Assembly: GCA_038205935.1 (NCBI GenBank)
Contig: JBBRBK010000008.1
Coordinates: 1 to 47,004, forward strand
Direction of reading: 5' to 3'
DNA length: 47,004 nucleotides
From: Campylobacterales bacterium
GTDB taxonomy: Bacteria; Campylobacterota; Campylobacteria; Campylobacterales; Sulfurimonadaceae
Position numbers and translations under genes: made by a program. Positions 8,586-18,718 of the stretch are shown piece after piece; within the stretch, counting starts at the first letter, position 1, and every line of letters starts with the position of its first letter. Below the pieces are notes generated by a model that was not told the DNA's origin, searched no databases, and saw only the letters and a list, made by a program, of their open reading frames with translations.

Positions 8586-10175
8586 ATGCTTACAACTGTA
8601 AAATCAAAAATCATATTTTCTACTATCGCAGTCAGTCTACTTGGTATTTTGGGGATTTATATTTATCTTTCGGCTACGTTTAATGCTTTTTCGAATCAAA
8701 CCGCTCAAAAATCTTTACAGATGCTGAGTGATTCAGTTTTTCAAACGCTTTCAAGAAGTATGCTCTCCGGAGATCCGGCTGTTGTTAGTGATACGCTCAA
8801 AGAATCGCAGCATATCATCGCCGGACTTGACAATATCAGTGTTGCTAAATCTTCAAAAGTGATTGAGCTTTTTGGACTTGCCGATAAAGTGAGTCAAGAT
8901 AGTGCAGTGCTGGATGTTTTTAATACTAAAAAATCAACTACTATTGAATTACAAAATCCACATCATGCGATACGTCTTTTAAAACCGCTTATCGCTGATG
9001 AAAAATGTCTTCAGTGTCATGGTAATGTTCAAAAGGGTGATGTGTTGGGTGTTATGGATATGACAGTTTCATTAGAGGGAAATGATGCTGAGATCAAGCA
9101 TACTGAAGTGACTTTGCTCCTTTATTTGCTAGCAATATGTTTTGTTTTCGTTGCTATTGTGATCTGGTTTTTCTCCAAGGCTGTTATCGCTCCACTTGAA
9201 GATCTTGGAAACCGTGCTCACTCTTTAGTTGAGGGTGACAAAGATTTGACAAAACGTATCCAATCTTCAGGCAAAGATGAGTTCGCATATGCGGCATTAT
9301 CAGTGAATAGTTTTATACAAGTTGTCCAAGACACTGTCAATGAAGTTAAAAATCTTGGTGATAAAAATACTTCTATAGCAAGAAATATGTCTAATCAAGC
9401 GGAACTTATCAACAAAAGTATCTCAAAAGAGCGAGAGATCGTAAACCAGACAACACAAAAAACAGGTTCGATTAAAACGATACTAGGCAGATCCATCGAA
9501 GTTACAAAAGAAACGCAACAGCATATCTCATCAGCAAGTACAGAGCTTTTAACAGCAAAAGATGCGTTAAGCAGTCTTGTTTATAAAGTAGATCAGTATA
9601 TGGAAGTTGAAACTGAACTTTCACATCAGCTTGAAGGTCTGAAAAATGATGCGGGCAATGTAAAAGATGTTCTTAACATCATCAAAGATATTGCGGATCA
9701 GACAAATCTTTTAGCTTTAAATGCGGCCATTGAAGCGGCGCGCGCTGGAGAACATGGACGTGGATTTGCCGTTGTAGCAGATGAGGTAAGAAAGCTTGCA
9801 GAACGCACGCAAAAAAGCCTTATGCAAATAGAGATAAGCATAGGAACAATCGTTCAGTCTATTAATGATGTGAGCGATAGTATGGGACATAATGCTTCAA
9901 ATCTTTCAGCTTTGACAGATATCTCATCTGATGTTGAAAATAAAATCAATATCACTTCCGATGCTATGAATTATTCACTCGAAGTAGCCGACAAATCTTT
10001 TGATGATATGAACGAAATAGTAAAAAATATTGAGTGGATCATCGAAAAGGTCAATCAGATAGATGAATACTCAAAACAAAATGAAAATAGTGTCAATATG
10101 ATAGACAGTGAATCTACAAAACTTCTAGAAGTTGCAAATTCACTTAAATCAAGAATTGATGAGTTTAGAAGTTAG
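8586..10175 (+). CDS. Methyl-accepting chemotaxis protein with a periplasmic CxxCH (heme c) sensor domain
   Basis: Two TM helices flank a periplasmic domain containing CLQCH. HAMP domain and signalling hairpin [38 protein letters not shown] follow. Confidence 0.93.
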   Translation: MLTTVKSKIIFSTIAVSLLGILGIYIYLSATFNAFSNQTAQKSLQMLSDSVFQTLSRSMLSGDPAVVSDTLKESQHIIAGLDNISVAKSSKVIELFGLADKVSQDSAVLDVFNTKKSTTIELQNPHHAIRLLKPLIADEKCLQCHGNVQKGDVLGVMDMTVSLEGNDAEIKHTEVTLLLYLLAICFVFVAIVIWFFSKAVIAPLEDLGNRAHSLVEGDKDLTKRIQSSGKDEFAYAALSVNSFIQVVQDTVNEVKNLGDKNTSIARNMSNQAELINKSISKEREIVNQTTQKTGSIKTILGRSIEVTKETQQHISSASTELLTAKDALSSLVYKVDQYMEVETELSHQLEGLKNDAGNVKDVLNIIKDIADQTNLLALNAAIEAARAGEHGRGFAVVADEVRKLAERTQKSLMQIEISIGTIVQSINDVSDSMGHNASNLSALTDISSDVENKINITSDAMNYSLEVADKSFDDMNEIVKNIEWIIEKVNQIDEYSKQNENSVNMIDSESTKLLEVANSLKSRIDEFRS

Positions 10176-10492
10176 AAAATATGAACGGCTAACCATAGAG
10201 TTTTTTTATCTGTGAAAAGAACTCTATGAACGGTTTGTGTTGGTATAAAAAGATAATCTCCGGTTTTTAAAATGTGTTTAGTACCTTCGACTTCCAAAGT
10301 TGCTTCACCTTCTAGCAGAAGAATCCATTCATCTTGCTCTTGTTGATAACTCTCTCCATTTACGACAGAGTTAGAGTTTATAAGCTCGATCTTGATATTT
10401 TTATGCTCTAAAAGAGTGTTAAATATCTCACTGCCCGCTTTGGGTTTTATACAATTTTTGAATATATTGTTTTGTAAGTCTATTTGTTGCAT
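10172..10492 (-). CDS. Cupin domain protein
   Basis: [18 protein letters not shown]...[10 protein letters not shown]...HRV. Start is 10492 or 10519. Confidence 0.85.
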   Translation of the reverse strand: MQQIDLQNNIFKNCIKPKAGSEIFNTLLEHKNIKIELINSNSVVNGESYQQEQDEWILLLEGEATLEVEGTKHILKTGDYLFIPTQTVHRVLFTDKKTLWLAVHIF

Positions 10493-10847
10493 ATTCCTAG
10501 CTTCTCCAAATATTGGCATTTATTGAACTAAAGTAAGTCTATAGTTTTATATTTTTTTCAAGGAAATTCTCGAAGTGTATTTGTATTAATTTCTTTGTAG
10601 TAGTTAAAAAGTATATCATAATATCTTATCTCTCAAGAAAGATTGAAATAGAAGGGCGTTTTTAAAACATTGAAATTTCCTAAAAATTTAGATTTCAATG
10701 AGATCACGGCTAGTGCACGACTTTAAAATTAGGCTGATTTTTCATGGCTGAAGCTATATCTTTATATTGTGCGTGGGATGGATTTTATACAATCATGAAA
10801 TAAGTATCAAAAGTACTTAACCATCTAAGATGAAAGTAGAAAAAAAT

Positions 10848-11225
10848 ATGCTAAACAGTGAAGTCACAAAAGAAAATCTGAATAAGATGGTACTTTTATT
10901 TTATTCAAAGATACTAAGAGATGAAATTGTTGCTCCGTTTTTTATTGAAAAACTAGGCGATGATATGAAAAATGATAGATGGCGTCCTCATTTAGAACTG
11001 CTAACAAATTTTTGGGCTTCTATATCTTTGGGCGATGGCGCCTACAGAGGTAATCCATTTGGTCCTCATTTGAATATCAAAGGTATTTCAAGAGAAGCAT
11101 TTCAGACTTGGTTGAGACTGTTTCATGAAACTCAAGATAGTGTCTATACTCCAGAAATAGCCGATTTTTTTAAACAAAGAAGCACTCTCATAGCTGGTAA
11201 TTTTATGAGAAATTTAGGAGTTTAA
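10848..11225 (+). CDS. Group III truncated hemoglobin (Ctb-like)
   Basis: FYSKILRD..VAPFF, WRPHLELLTNFW, GNPFGPH and FQTWLRLF. Start is 10848 or 10830. Confidence 0.88.
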   Translation: MLNSEVTKENLNKMVLLFYSKILRDEIVAPFFIEKLGDDMKNDRWRPHLELLTNFWASISLGDGAYRGNPFGPHLNIKGISREAFQTWLRLFHETQDSVYTPEIADFFKQRSTLIAGNFMRNLGV

Positions 11226-11229
11226 GAGA

Positions 11230-11280
11230 AAACTGATTCTCATAGAAGCACAGGTATGCGAATACACAGAAGATATTATT
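11230..11280 (+). pseudogene. Possible relic of a ManC/phosphomannose-isomerase C-terminal cupin
   Basis: A start-less frame reads KLILIEAQVCEYTEDII, resembling the L-x-x-IEVQ-x-G-x-Y-x-GEDDI motif. Confidence 0.35.
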
Positions 11281-11343
11281 TCACCCCTACAAAGGAAAGA
11301 AGCGTTGAGACTCTTTTTTAAGCGCATGTCAGCGCATTTAAAG

Positions 11344-11349
11344 TATAAT
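11344..11349 (+). promoter_or_regulatory. -10 box TATAAT for the aroK-thioredoxin-hisD unit
   Basis: Perfect TATAAT 38 nt upstream of aroK. Confidence 0.5.
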
Positions 11350-11387
11350 CCTCATCAATTAAGAAATTAAAATAAAGAAAAATCAGA

Positions 11388-11897
11388 ATGAAAAATATTG
11401 TATTGATAGGTTTTATGGGTGTCGGAAAAGGAAGTGTGGCTCGTGAGATGGTCAAGCAACTCGGAGTAGTAGCACTCGATACAGATGACATCATAGAAAG
11501 TATGGAAAATAGAAGTATCAAAAAGATCTTTGCAACTGAGGGTGAACAATATTTTAGAGATGTGGAATTTAAAGTTGCAAAGTGGCTTGAAAAAAGTGTA
11601 AAAGATACGCTCATCTCCACTGGTGGAGGATTTTATAAAGTCAAAAATCTCAATAAAATAGGAACGGTCATTTTGTTAGACTCTCCTTTTGAAAAGATTC
11701 ATGAGAGAATCATCAATCATCCAAATGCAACGAGTAAACTCAAAAAACGTCCATTGATGCAAGATCTTGAACGTGCAAAAGCTCTTTATAATGAGAGAGA
11801 AGCGCAATACAAAAAAGTCGCTGATATCATCATAGATGTGACGGATAAAAGTGTTGAAGAGATAGTAAAAGAAATTCAAAAAAAGGCTAAGTTATGA
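11388..11897 (+). CDS. aroK: Shikimate kinase
   Basis: NIVLIGFMGVGKG P-loop, DTDDII, GEQYFR, STGGG and KRPL. Confidence 0.93.
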   Translation: MKNIVLIGFMGVGKGSVAREMVKQLGVVALDTDDIIESMENRSIKKIFATEGEQYFRDVEFKVAKWLEKSVKDTLISTGGGFYKVKNLNKIGTVILLDSPFEKIHERIINHPNATSKLKKRPLMQDLERAKALYNEREAQYKKVADIIIDVTDKSVEEIVKEIQKKAKL

Positions 11898-12340
11898 AAA
11901 AAATCATTTTACTCGTTTTAATTGTATGTATGAATCTTTTTGGATCTGAACTTGTTCTACAAAAAAGCTTTAAAAATGCGCTGATCCAAGCAGATATGAC
12001 ACAAAAACCAATCATGTTTATCGTCTCGCGTCATACATGTAAATACTGTATTATGTTAGAGAAAGAAACGCTTTCAAAGGCTGATGTTATAGAAGCATTA
12101 AATAAAGACTATGTAACATACATTGCGTATACAGATGATGATGACGCTTTTCCAGAAGAGTTTTGGCGTCCGGCTACTCCGACTATTTGGTTTTTGGATG
12201 ATGAGGGAAAAGCTATGACTGAGCCTATAATGGGTGCTATTGATGAAAAAAATCTTTTGCAGGTTTTAGATACGGTCTCAAAAGGTTTTAGTGCACAAAA
12301 ACAAGAACAACAAACTAACTATATGAAGAGCAGATTATGA
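11894..12340 (+). CDS. Exported thioredoxin-fold protein (SoxW-like)
   Basis: Signal peptide, CKYC motif and cis-Pro loop ATPTIWF. ATGA overlaps with the genes on both sides. Confidence 0.8.
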   Translation: MKKIILLVLIVCMNLFGSELVLQKSFKNALIQADMTQKPIMFIVSRHTCKYCIMLEKETLSKADVIEALNKDYVTYIAYTDDDDAFPEEFWRPATPTIWFLDDEGKAMTEPIMGAIDEKNLLQVLDTVSKGFSAQKQEQQTNYMKSRL

Positions 12341-13626
12341 TTTTTACAACTACGTCCTCAGAAAATTTTGAGGCACAATTTGAAGAACTTTTAGGCCGAG
12401 GTAAGATGGATATGGCACATGTCAGTACCATAGTCGGTGGAATTATCGATGAAATCAAAAAAGATAAAAACAGTGCGCTAAAATCACATATCGCTAAGTT
12501 TGACAAGTGGACTCCAAAAGATGATGCTGATCTGAAAATAGATGTGACGCTGATGAAAAATGCTTATGAAGCATTAAATAAAGATCTTAAAGCGGCTTTA
12601 CATCTTGCGTATGATCGCATTAAGGTCTATCACCAAAAGCAAAAACCAAAAAGTTGGTTTGATACAGAAGAAAATGGAACGATACTCGGTCAAAAAGTGA
12701 CGGCTGTGGATTCTGCAGGTTTATATATTCCTGGTGGAAAAGCGGCATATCCATCTTCACTTTTAATGAATGTGATCCCAGCTCAAGTCGCAGGCGTTGA
12801 AAAGATAGTCGTTTGTACGCCAACACCTGATAATGAGCCAAATGAACTTCTTCTTGCAGCTTGTCACCTTTGTGGCGTGAGTGAAGTTTATAAAGTCGGC
12901 GGTGCAAGTGCTATTGCGGCTATGGCGTATGGTACAGAGACGATTCCAAAAGTAGATGTCATTACAGGCCCAGGCAATATCTTTGTAGCGACTGCAAAAA
13001 AGATGGTCTTTGGAGATGTGAACATAGATATGATCGCAGGACCGAGTGAGATAGGAATCTTAGCCGATGAGAGTGCAAACCCTTCACATATGGCTATAGA
13101 TATGCTTTCTCAAGCTGAACATGATGAGATGGCAAGTTCTATCCTTATAACAACATCTCAAAAATTAGCAGATGAAGTAAAAAAAGAGATAGAAAATTGG
13201 CTTTTAAAATTACCACGAGAAGAGATAGCAAGAAAGTCCATGGAAGAGCGCGGAGCTATCATCGTCGCACAAACTATGGAAGAAGCGATAAGATTGATGA
13301 ACTTGATTGCACCAGAACACCTTGAAGTGGCGACAAATAATCCTTTTGAGCTTTTACCATTTATAAAACATGCAGGAGCGATATTTTTGGGGCACAATAC
13401 TCCTGAAGCGATAGGCGATTATGTGGCAGGACCAAATCATACGCTTCCAACGGGTGGAACGGCAAAGTTTTATTCTCCACTTGGAGTTGAGAATTTTATG
13501 AAAAAAAGCTCTATTATCTCATTTAGTTCTAAAGCTATTAATGAGATCGGAGAAGCTTGCGCGATGATAGCAAATACAGAGGGTTTAACTGCACATGAAC
13601 AATCCGTACGCGTTCGACTTAACTAG
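12337..13626 (+). CDS. hisD: Histidinol dehydrogenase
   Basis: GLYIPGG, GPGNIFVA, IDMIAGPSE, LSQAEHD, APEHL and GDYVAGPNHTLPT. Confidence 0.97.
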   Translation: MIFTTTSSENFEAQFEELLGRGKMDMAHVSTIVGGIIDEIKKDKNSALKSHIAKFDKWTPKDDADLKIDVTLMKNAYEALNKDLKAALHLAYDRIKVYHQKQKPKSWFDTEENGTILGQKVTAVDSAGLYIPGGKAAYPSSLLMNVIPAQVAGVEKIVVCTPTPDNEPNELLLAACHLCGVSEVYKVGGASAIAAMAYGTETIPKVDVITGPGNIFVATAKKMVFGDVNIDMIAGPSEIGILADESANPSHMAIDMLSQAEHDEMASSILITTSQKLADEVKKEIENWLLKLPREEIARKSMEERGAIIVAQTMEEAIRLMNLIAPEHLEVATNNPFELLPFIKHAGAIFLGHNTPEAIGDYVAGPNHTLPTGGTAKFYSPLGVENFMKKSSIISFSSKAINEIGEACAMIANTEGLTAHEQSVRVRLN

Positions 13627-13644
13627 ATATTAAATAAAATTGAT

Positions 13645-13665
13645 GAACTCTTTATATAAGAGTTC
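13645..13665 (+). terminator. Stem-loop after hisD
   Basis: GAACTCTT-tatat-AAGAGTTC, a perfect 8-bp stem about 19 nt after the stop. Confidence 0.55.
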
Positions 13666-13893
13666 TCGTTCATATATTATAAAAAATAATCTTCCTTCTT
13701 TTATTACTCAAATCCTAATTTATCACACTTTTATCAAAAAAATTAATACAATTTTAGTTTCAGTTAAAGAAACATAGGCTAATATCAATCAGCGAAAATG
13801 CAGTAAGTGTCGTGATGGATGGTATTTTTATAAAAAAAATTAGTTCAGCAAATAAAACGCTAAATATCTACTAGAGTAGGTGAAGGAGAGTAT

Positions 13894-14529
13894 ATGCAAT
13901 TGGGCTTTCTAGTTGATTTACATCTTTGTATGGGATGTAAAGGTTGTGAGGTAGCATGTAAGGTGGAAAATGAAGTTCCACTAAGTACATGGAGACTTCG
14001 CGTTAAGTATGTAGATGTTGGAATGTACCCTGAAACAAAGCGTACATTTACACCATTACGTTGTAACCATTGTGCGAATGCACCTTGTGAACGTATCTGT
14101 CCGGTAAGTGCTTTACACTATATCGATAATGGAATTGTAAATATAGATAAAGAACGTTGTATTGGATGTGCTGGTTGTATTATGGCTTGTCCATATGGTG
14201 CTATTTATATAGATCCTGAAACACAAACAGCTGATAAGTGTACATATTGTGCACACCGTATTGCGTCTAGTATGATGCCAGCTTGTGTAGTTGCTTGTCC
14301 TGTTGAAGCAAATATTTTTGGTGATTTGGATGATCCGACATCAAATATCAGCAAATATATTCAAGAACATGCAGATACGAGAGTGAGAAAACCTGAAAAA
14401 GGTACAGATCCTCATCATTATTATGTAGGTGGGGGTGATGTAAATCTAAATCCACTTGCATCTGAGCGTATTGAAGGTTACTCTTTATTTAGTAAATTAA
14501 CACACTTACCAGTAGGAGGACACCACTAA
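13894..14529 (+). CDS. Four-cluster Fe-S electron-transfer subunit (PsrB/SreB/NrfC/DmsB type)
   Basis: CMGCKGCEVAC, CNHCANAPCERICP, CIGCAGCIMACPY and KCTYC...PACVVACP. Strong AAGGAG RBS. Confidence 0.92.
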   Translation: MQLGFLVDLHLCMGCKGCEVACKVENEVPLSTWRLRVKYVDVGMYPETKRTFTPLRCNHCANAPCERICPVSALHYIDNGIVNIDKERCIGCAGCIMACPYGAIYIDPETQTADKCTYCAHRIASSMMPACVVACPVEANIFGDLDDPTSNISKYIQEHADTRVRKPEKGTDPHHYYVGGGDVNLNPLASERIEGYSLFSKLTHLPVGGHH

Positions 14530-15425
14530 TGCATACAGTAGTTGAAGCAACACACGCAGTAGTAACTTTAGACGTCGCTTTACCGAGTATCGTTTGGGGT
14601 TGGATTATTACTATGAATATGTGGGCAAAAAGCATTGGTACAGGTGTTATCTTTATGCTTTTTTATCTGCTTAAAAAGTATCCTAAAGAAGCAGGATATT
14701 TACGTTTTCCAGTAATTGTAGTTTCACTTGTGTTTATTCACATTTTCCTACTCTTTACGGTTCTAGATTTGCATCAGATGTTTAGATTCTGGCATATTTT
14801 CTTCCATCCACACTTTACATCAGCGATTACAGTTGGTGCATGGATTGTAACTGGTTTAGTCGGAATACTTTTCTTGATGGCATATTATGTGTTCTTAAAA
14901 AAAGATACAGCAGCTTTTGATAAGTTGTTACCGTGGGCTGTGATTGTCTCTATCCCTGTAACACTTTATACAGCAGCAATTATGGCTGAAGCAACAGCTC
15001 GTGAATTGTGGCAAATGCCAACTGAAGCGGTACAGATGATACTTGCTGCTACATTGACTGGTTCTGCGACTCTCATTTTGATGGGTGGGAAACTTCCTTA
15101 CGAGGCAAAAAGAGATCTAGGAATTGTTCTTGGATTAAGTGCCGCAATGGCATTTTTACTCTATATGAGTGAGATGGTATTTGGACCGATGAAAGCTGAA
15201 GAAGTTATGGCAACTTTACAAGCGGTAAAAGGTGCGGGTCAATATACAACGATGTTCTGGTTAGGTCAACTAATGGCTTTCGTATTACCGATGGTTTTAG
15301 TTTTACTTAGTATTTCAAGTAAAAGTGAAAGCTTATTGAAACTAGCAGCAATATTGGCGATCGCAGGTCTATGGATTGTTAAACATGTCTGGTTGATCAT
15401 TCCACAATTATTGAACTTAAGCTAA
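14529..15425 (+). CDS. NrfD/PsrC-family membrane anchor (quinol-interacting subunit)
   Basis: About 8 TM helices, with WGW, DLHQMFRFW, SAITVGAW, YTA and RELW, the NrfD-family pattern. Confidence 0.85.
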   Translation: MHTVVEATHAVVTLDVALPSIVWGWIITMNMWAKSIGTGVIFMLFYLLKKYPKEAGYLRFPVIVVSLVFIHIFLLFTVLDLHQMFRFWHIFFHPHFTSAITVGAWIVTGLVGILFLMAYYVFLKKDTAAFDKLLPWAVIVSIPVTLYTAAIMAEATARELWQMPTEAVQMILAATLTGSATLILMGGKLPYEAKRDLGIVLGLSAAMAFLLYMSEMVFGPMKAEEVMATLQAVKGAGQYTTMFWLGQLMAFVLPMVLVLLSISSKSESLLKLAAILAIAGLWIVKHVWLIIPQLLNLS

Positions 15426-15436
15426 AGAGGTTATAG

Positions 15437-18400
15437 ATGTATTTAGAAAGAAGAACATTTTTAAAAGGCGCTGCATTTACAGTTGCAGGCGTTACATTAG
15501 CGAGGGGTGTATTTAGTACAGATGCTGTTGCAGAATCTGTTGCAGAATCAAAATTTACTAATACTCCGAATTCTTTGTCTTTTTATCCTCCTTTAAAAGA
15601 GTGGGATAATTTCGCTGAACTAGACGGTACAGATTGGAAACGTGGTGGTATCGAACGTCACGGTGTTAAAAGTAAAGAAAATCCAGACGGTATTTTGGTA
15701 AATAACTTTATGCTAGTTCCTACAGTTTGTTCAAACTGTGAAGCTGGTTGTGGTTTGACTGCATGGGTTAATAAAGACACGATGACAGTACGTAAGTATA
15801 TGGGTAATCCATTGCATACAGGTTCTCGTGGACGTAACTGTGCAAAAGGGTATGCTGTAACTTCTCAAATGTATGATCCAGATCGTATACCATTCCCACT
15901 AAAACGTGCTCCGGGTTCTAAACGTGGTGAAGGTAAATGGGTTCGTATTACTTGGGATATCGCTATGGCTGAGATCGGTAAGAAAATGCATGACACGATT
16001 AAAGTCGGTGATGAATTATCTAAAAAATCAATCATGTACCATGTTGGTCGTCCAAATGAAAATGGTTTCGGTCACCGTGTACAAGCTTCATTAGGAAATG
16101 ATGGATTTAACTCTCATACGAACATCTGTTCAGCAGGCGCTCGTCAGGGAACAATCCAATGGACAAATGATGATAGAAACTCTCCAGATTGGGCAAATGC
16201 TGATCTGATTTTCTTGCAGTCATCTCACGCGGCAGATGCTGGTCACTACTTCCAACAATCAGCTGGTTTGATTGCTGATGCTCGTAAACGCGGCGCGAAA
16301 ATGGTGGTTATCGATCCACGTATGTCAAACTCTGCTGGTATGGCTGACCTTTGGTTGCCAATATGGCCGGGAACAGAAGCGGCTCTTTATCTACATCTTG
16401 CAAATCGTGTTTTACATGAAAAAGATAAAAATGGGAACGACCTTGTTGCTCACGATTTCGTTAAAGAATGGGTAAACTGGGATCGTTTGATGGCAAATAA
16501 AGAGTATCTTCAAAAAATGGTCGGATATGGCTATATCTCTAAAGTTCCAACAGGTGAGAGCTACGCAGACTTTATCGAGTTAGCTAAAGAGCTGTATGCG
16601 CCATACACTGCAGAATTCGTTCTTAAAGAGTGTAAAATGGAAGGTATGGGCTATAAGCTTGATCAATTATGGGAAATGTATATTGATGCAGGTCCAAGAA
16701 TAGCTTCTTATCTATGGCGTGCAGGGACTATCGGTCACCGTGGTGGTTGGATGAATACTCGTGCTGGTTTCCTTTCGCTTGTACTTCGTGGTGCAATGCG
16801 TGGTGATATTGGTGGAACTGGTTTACACCACTGGCATGAGATTTCTCTTGCAGGTAAAGGTGATAGTGCAACAGTTGCCGGTGAATATCCAGGTAAAGTT
16901 GATGTTTGGAATGAGCTTATGTGGCCACCTGAATTCCCTTTATCTACATATGAGATGAGTTATTTATTACCTCACCTTTTGATGGACACAGAGTGGCAGA
17001 AAAAATGGCAGGCAAAAGGACTCAATGTTCCAACTAAAGTTGCTGTTTATATCCCTCGTATGTATAACCCTGCTTGGATCAATCCAGATGGATTTAGATG
17101 GATAGAAGCATTAAAAGATGAAACAAAATTTGAGATGTCTTTAAACCTTTCTCCTACATGGAGTGAGACAAACTGGTATTGTGATTATATTCTTCCAGTA
17201 GGTCTAGCTGGTGAACGCCATGACCAACAGTCAACTCCATCTAAACCTGAAGCTCGTATAGAGTTCCGTCAGGCAGTTTTACGTGTTGCAGCAGAAAAAA
17301 TGGGCTGGAAAGCAAAAGATCCTACTCGTGCAACTCTTGAAGCACACATGAAATACGGTTTGGGTGAGATCTGGGAAGAAACAGAATTCTGGGCAAACCT
17401 TATGGTTCATCATGTTGATCCTGATGGAAGTTTAGGTGTTCGTAAGCACTGGGCATCTAAAAAAGATCCATCACGCGCAGTAACTGTTCCTGAGTACTTT
17501 GATGCAGCTTTAAGCTTGCTTCCAAGACTTTTAGAAACAGCAAAAAAATTGTATCCAGAAGCTGAATATCCAGTATATGAGTATTTACGTGATCATGGTG
17601 CATGGACAGAGAAAACTGATGTGTACAAACCTCAAGAGGAAGAACTTGCATTTGATGGCACTAGCTATACAGTTGAAGGTAAGAAAATTCCTAAAAGTGA
17701 AGTTACAAAAGATCAGTTTGGAACATTATGGGCAGAAGAAGATGGACATAAACACTCTATCGGACTTGAGATCAATGGTAAACTTCATGAAGGCTTCCAT
17801 ACTTTAAGTAAAAAACTAGAGTTTTTCTCTGAGTGGTTTGCAGAGTGGAAATGGCCAGAATATGCAGTACCTATTTATCCACGTAATGAGGGTGAATATG
17901 AGAAAATGAAACATATCATGACTCAAGTACACCATAGTCACATGAAAGGCGATAACGAGTTCGCTTTAAATACGATTTATCGTTTGCCGTATAACATTCA
18001 TACGCGTTCTGTGAACTCTAAACACCTTATGGAGATCTCACAAAACCATAATCCAGTTTGGATCTATACAAAAGATGCAGAGAAACTTGGTATCAAACGT
18101 GGTGATGCAGTTCGTGTAAAAATCACAGATACTGTAACTGGTTTAGAAAGCGGTTATTTCATAGCTATGGCTGTACCGACTGAAGCAACTCGTCCGGGTG
18201 TTTTAGCTTGTTCACACCATGCTGGTCGTTGGAAACTAAAAGACTCTGTAGAGATCCCAGGTTTTGAACATAAACTAGGAATCATGGGAATTGGTGCTCC
18301 AAGATATGACATGACAAATGATGGTAAAATTGGAACACTTAAACCAGTTGAGGGTATCAAACCTCGCCATGATGTATGGCAGTTTAAAGAGTATAACAAA

Positions 18401-18712
18401 GATCTTGAAAACATTTGGTGGGATGGACTTAGCGGTGCATGGCAAAATGCTGTTGCAGCGCCACATCCAGATCCAATCGCGGGTAACCACGGATGGCATC
18501 AAAAAGTTAGCCTTGAAAAAGCAAAGGCTGATGATAAAATCGGAGATATCGTTGTTAACTATGAAAACAACTTTAAAGTTTACCAAGGGTGGAGAGATGA
18601 GTTTACTCGTCCTCTTAATTCGAAGGACACTATGCGTCGTCCTCGTCATATGCCTCGTCCTGCTGTTCCGCTTTCAGATAAAGCTTACGCAGTTACTATC
18701 AAAGACGTATAA
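15437..18712 (+). CDS. Tat-exported Mo/W-bisPGD oxidoreductase catalytic subunit, sulfur/polysulfide-reductase-like
   Basis: ERRTFLKG Tat motif, FS0 cysteines CSNCEAGC...NCAKG, YDPDRIPFPLKR, HTNICS (candidate Cys ligand), VVIDPR, DYILP and C-terminal HTRS-type domain. Confidence 0.88.
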   Translation: MYLERRTFLKGAAFTVAGVTLARGVFSTDAVAESVAESKFTNTPNSLSFYPPLKEWDNFAELDGTDWKRGGIERHGVKSKENPDGILVNNFMLVPTVCSNCEAGCGLTAWVNKDTMTVRKYMGNPLHTGSRGRNCAKGYAVTSQMYDPDRIPFPLKRAPGSKRGEGKWVRITWDIAMAEIGKKMHDTIKVGDELSKKSIMYHVGRPNENGFGHRVQASLGNDGFNSHTNICSAGARQGTIQWTNDDRNSPDWANADLIFLQSSHAADAGHYFQQSAGLIADARKRGAKMVVIDPRMSNSAGMADLWLPIWPGTEAALYLHLANRVLHEKDKNGNDLVAHDFVKEWVNWDRLMANKEYLQKMVGYGYISKVPTGESYADFIELAKELYAPYTAEFVLKECKMEGMGYKLDQLWEMYIDAGPRIASYLWRAGTIGHRGGWMNTRAGFLSLVLRGAMRGDIGGTGLHHWHEISLAGKGDSATVAGEYPGKVDVWNELMWPPEFPLSTYEMSYLLPHLLMDTEWQKKWQAKGLNVPTKVAVYIPRMYNPAWINPDGFRWIEALKDETKFEMSLNLSPTWSETNWYCDYILPVGLAGERHDQQSTPSKPEARIEFRQAVLRVAAEKMGWKAKDPTRATLEAHMKYGLGEIWEETEFWANLMVHHVDPDGSLGVRKHWASKKDPSRAVTVPEYFDAALSLLPRLLETAKKLYPEAEYPVYEYLRDHGAWTEKTDVYKPQEEELAFDGTSYTVEGKKIPKSEVTKDQFGTLWAEEDGHKHSIGLEINGKLHEGFHTLSKKLEFFSEWFAEWKWPEYAVPIYPRNEGEYEKMKHIMTQVHHSHMKGDNEFALNTIYRLPYNIHTRSVNSKHLMEISQNHNPVWIYTKDAEKLGIKRGDAVRVKITDTVTGLESGYFIAMAVPTEATRPGVLACSHHAGRWKLKDSVEIPGFEHKLGIMGIGAPRYDMTNDGKIGTLKPVEGIKPRHDVWQFKEYNKDLENIWWDGLSGAWQNAVAAPHPDPIAGNHGWHQKVSLEKAKADDKIGDIVVNYENNFKVYQGWRDEFTRPLNSKDTMRRPRHMPRPAVPLSDKAYAVTIKDV

Positions 18713-18718
18713 CACAAA

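Noticed and set aside
10817..10830. NssR box upstream of the truncated hemoglobin
   Set aside because: Only the TTAAC half matches. The second half is TAAGA, not GTTAA.
11256..11321. 21-aa ORF MRIHRRYYFTPTKERSVETLF as a leader peptide for aroK/hisD
   Set aside because: No properly spaced RBS, no His run, no attenuator hairpins, and it lies upstream of the likely aroK -10 box.
15437..18712. Calling the Mo-enzyme formate dehydrogenase, nitrate reductase or a selenoprotein, or naming it psrA
   Set aside because: There is no in-frame TGA and no Fdh C/U-H signature, and the partners are NrfC/NrfD type. Size and gene order differ from canonical psrABC, so no symbol was assigned.
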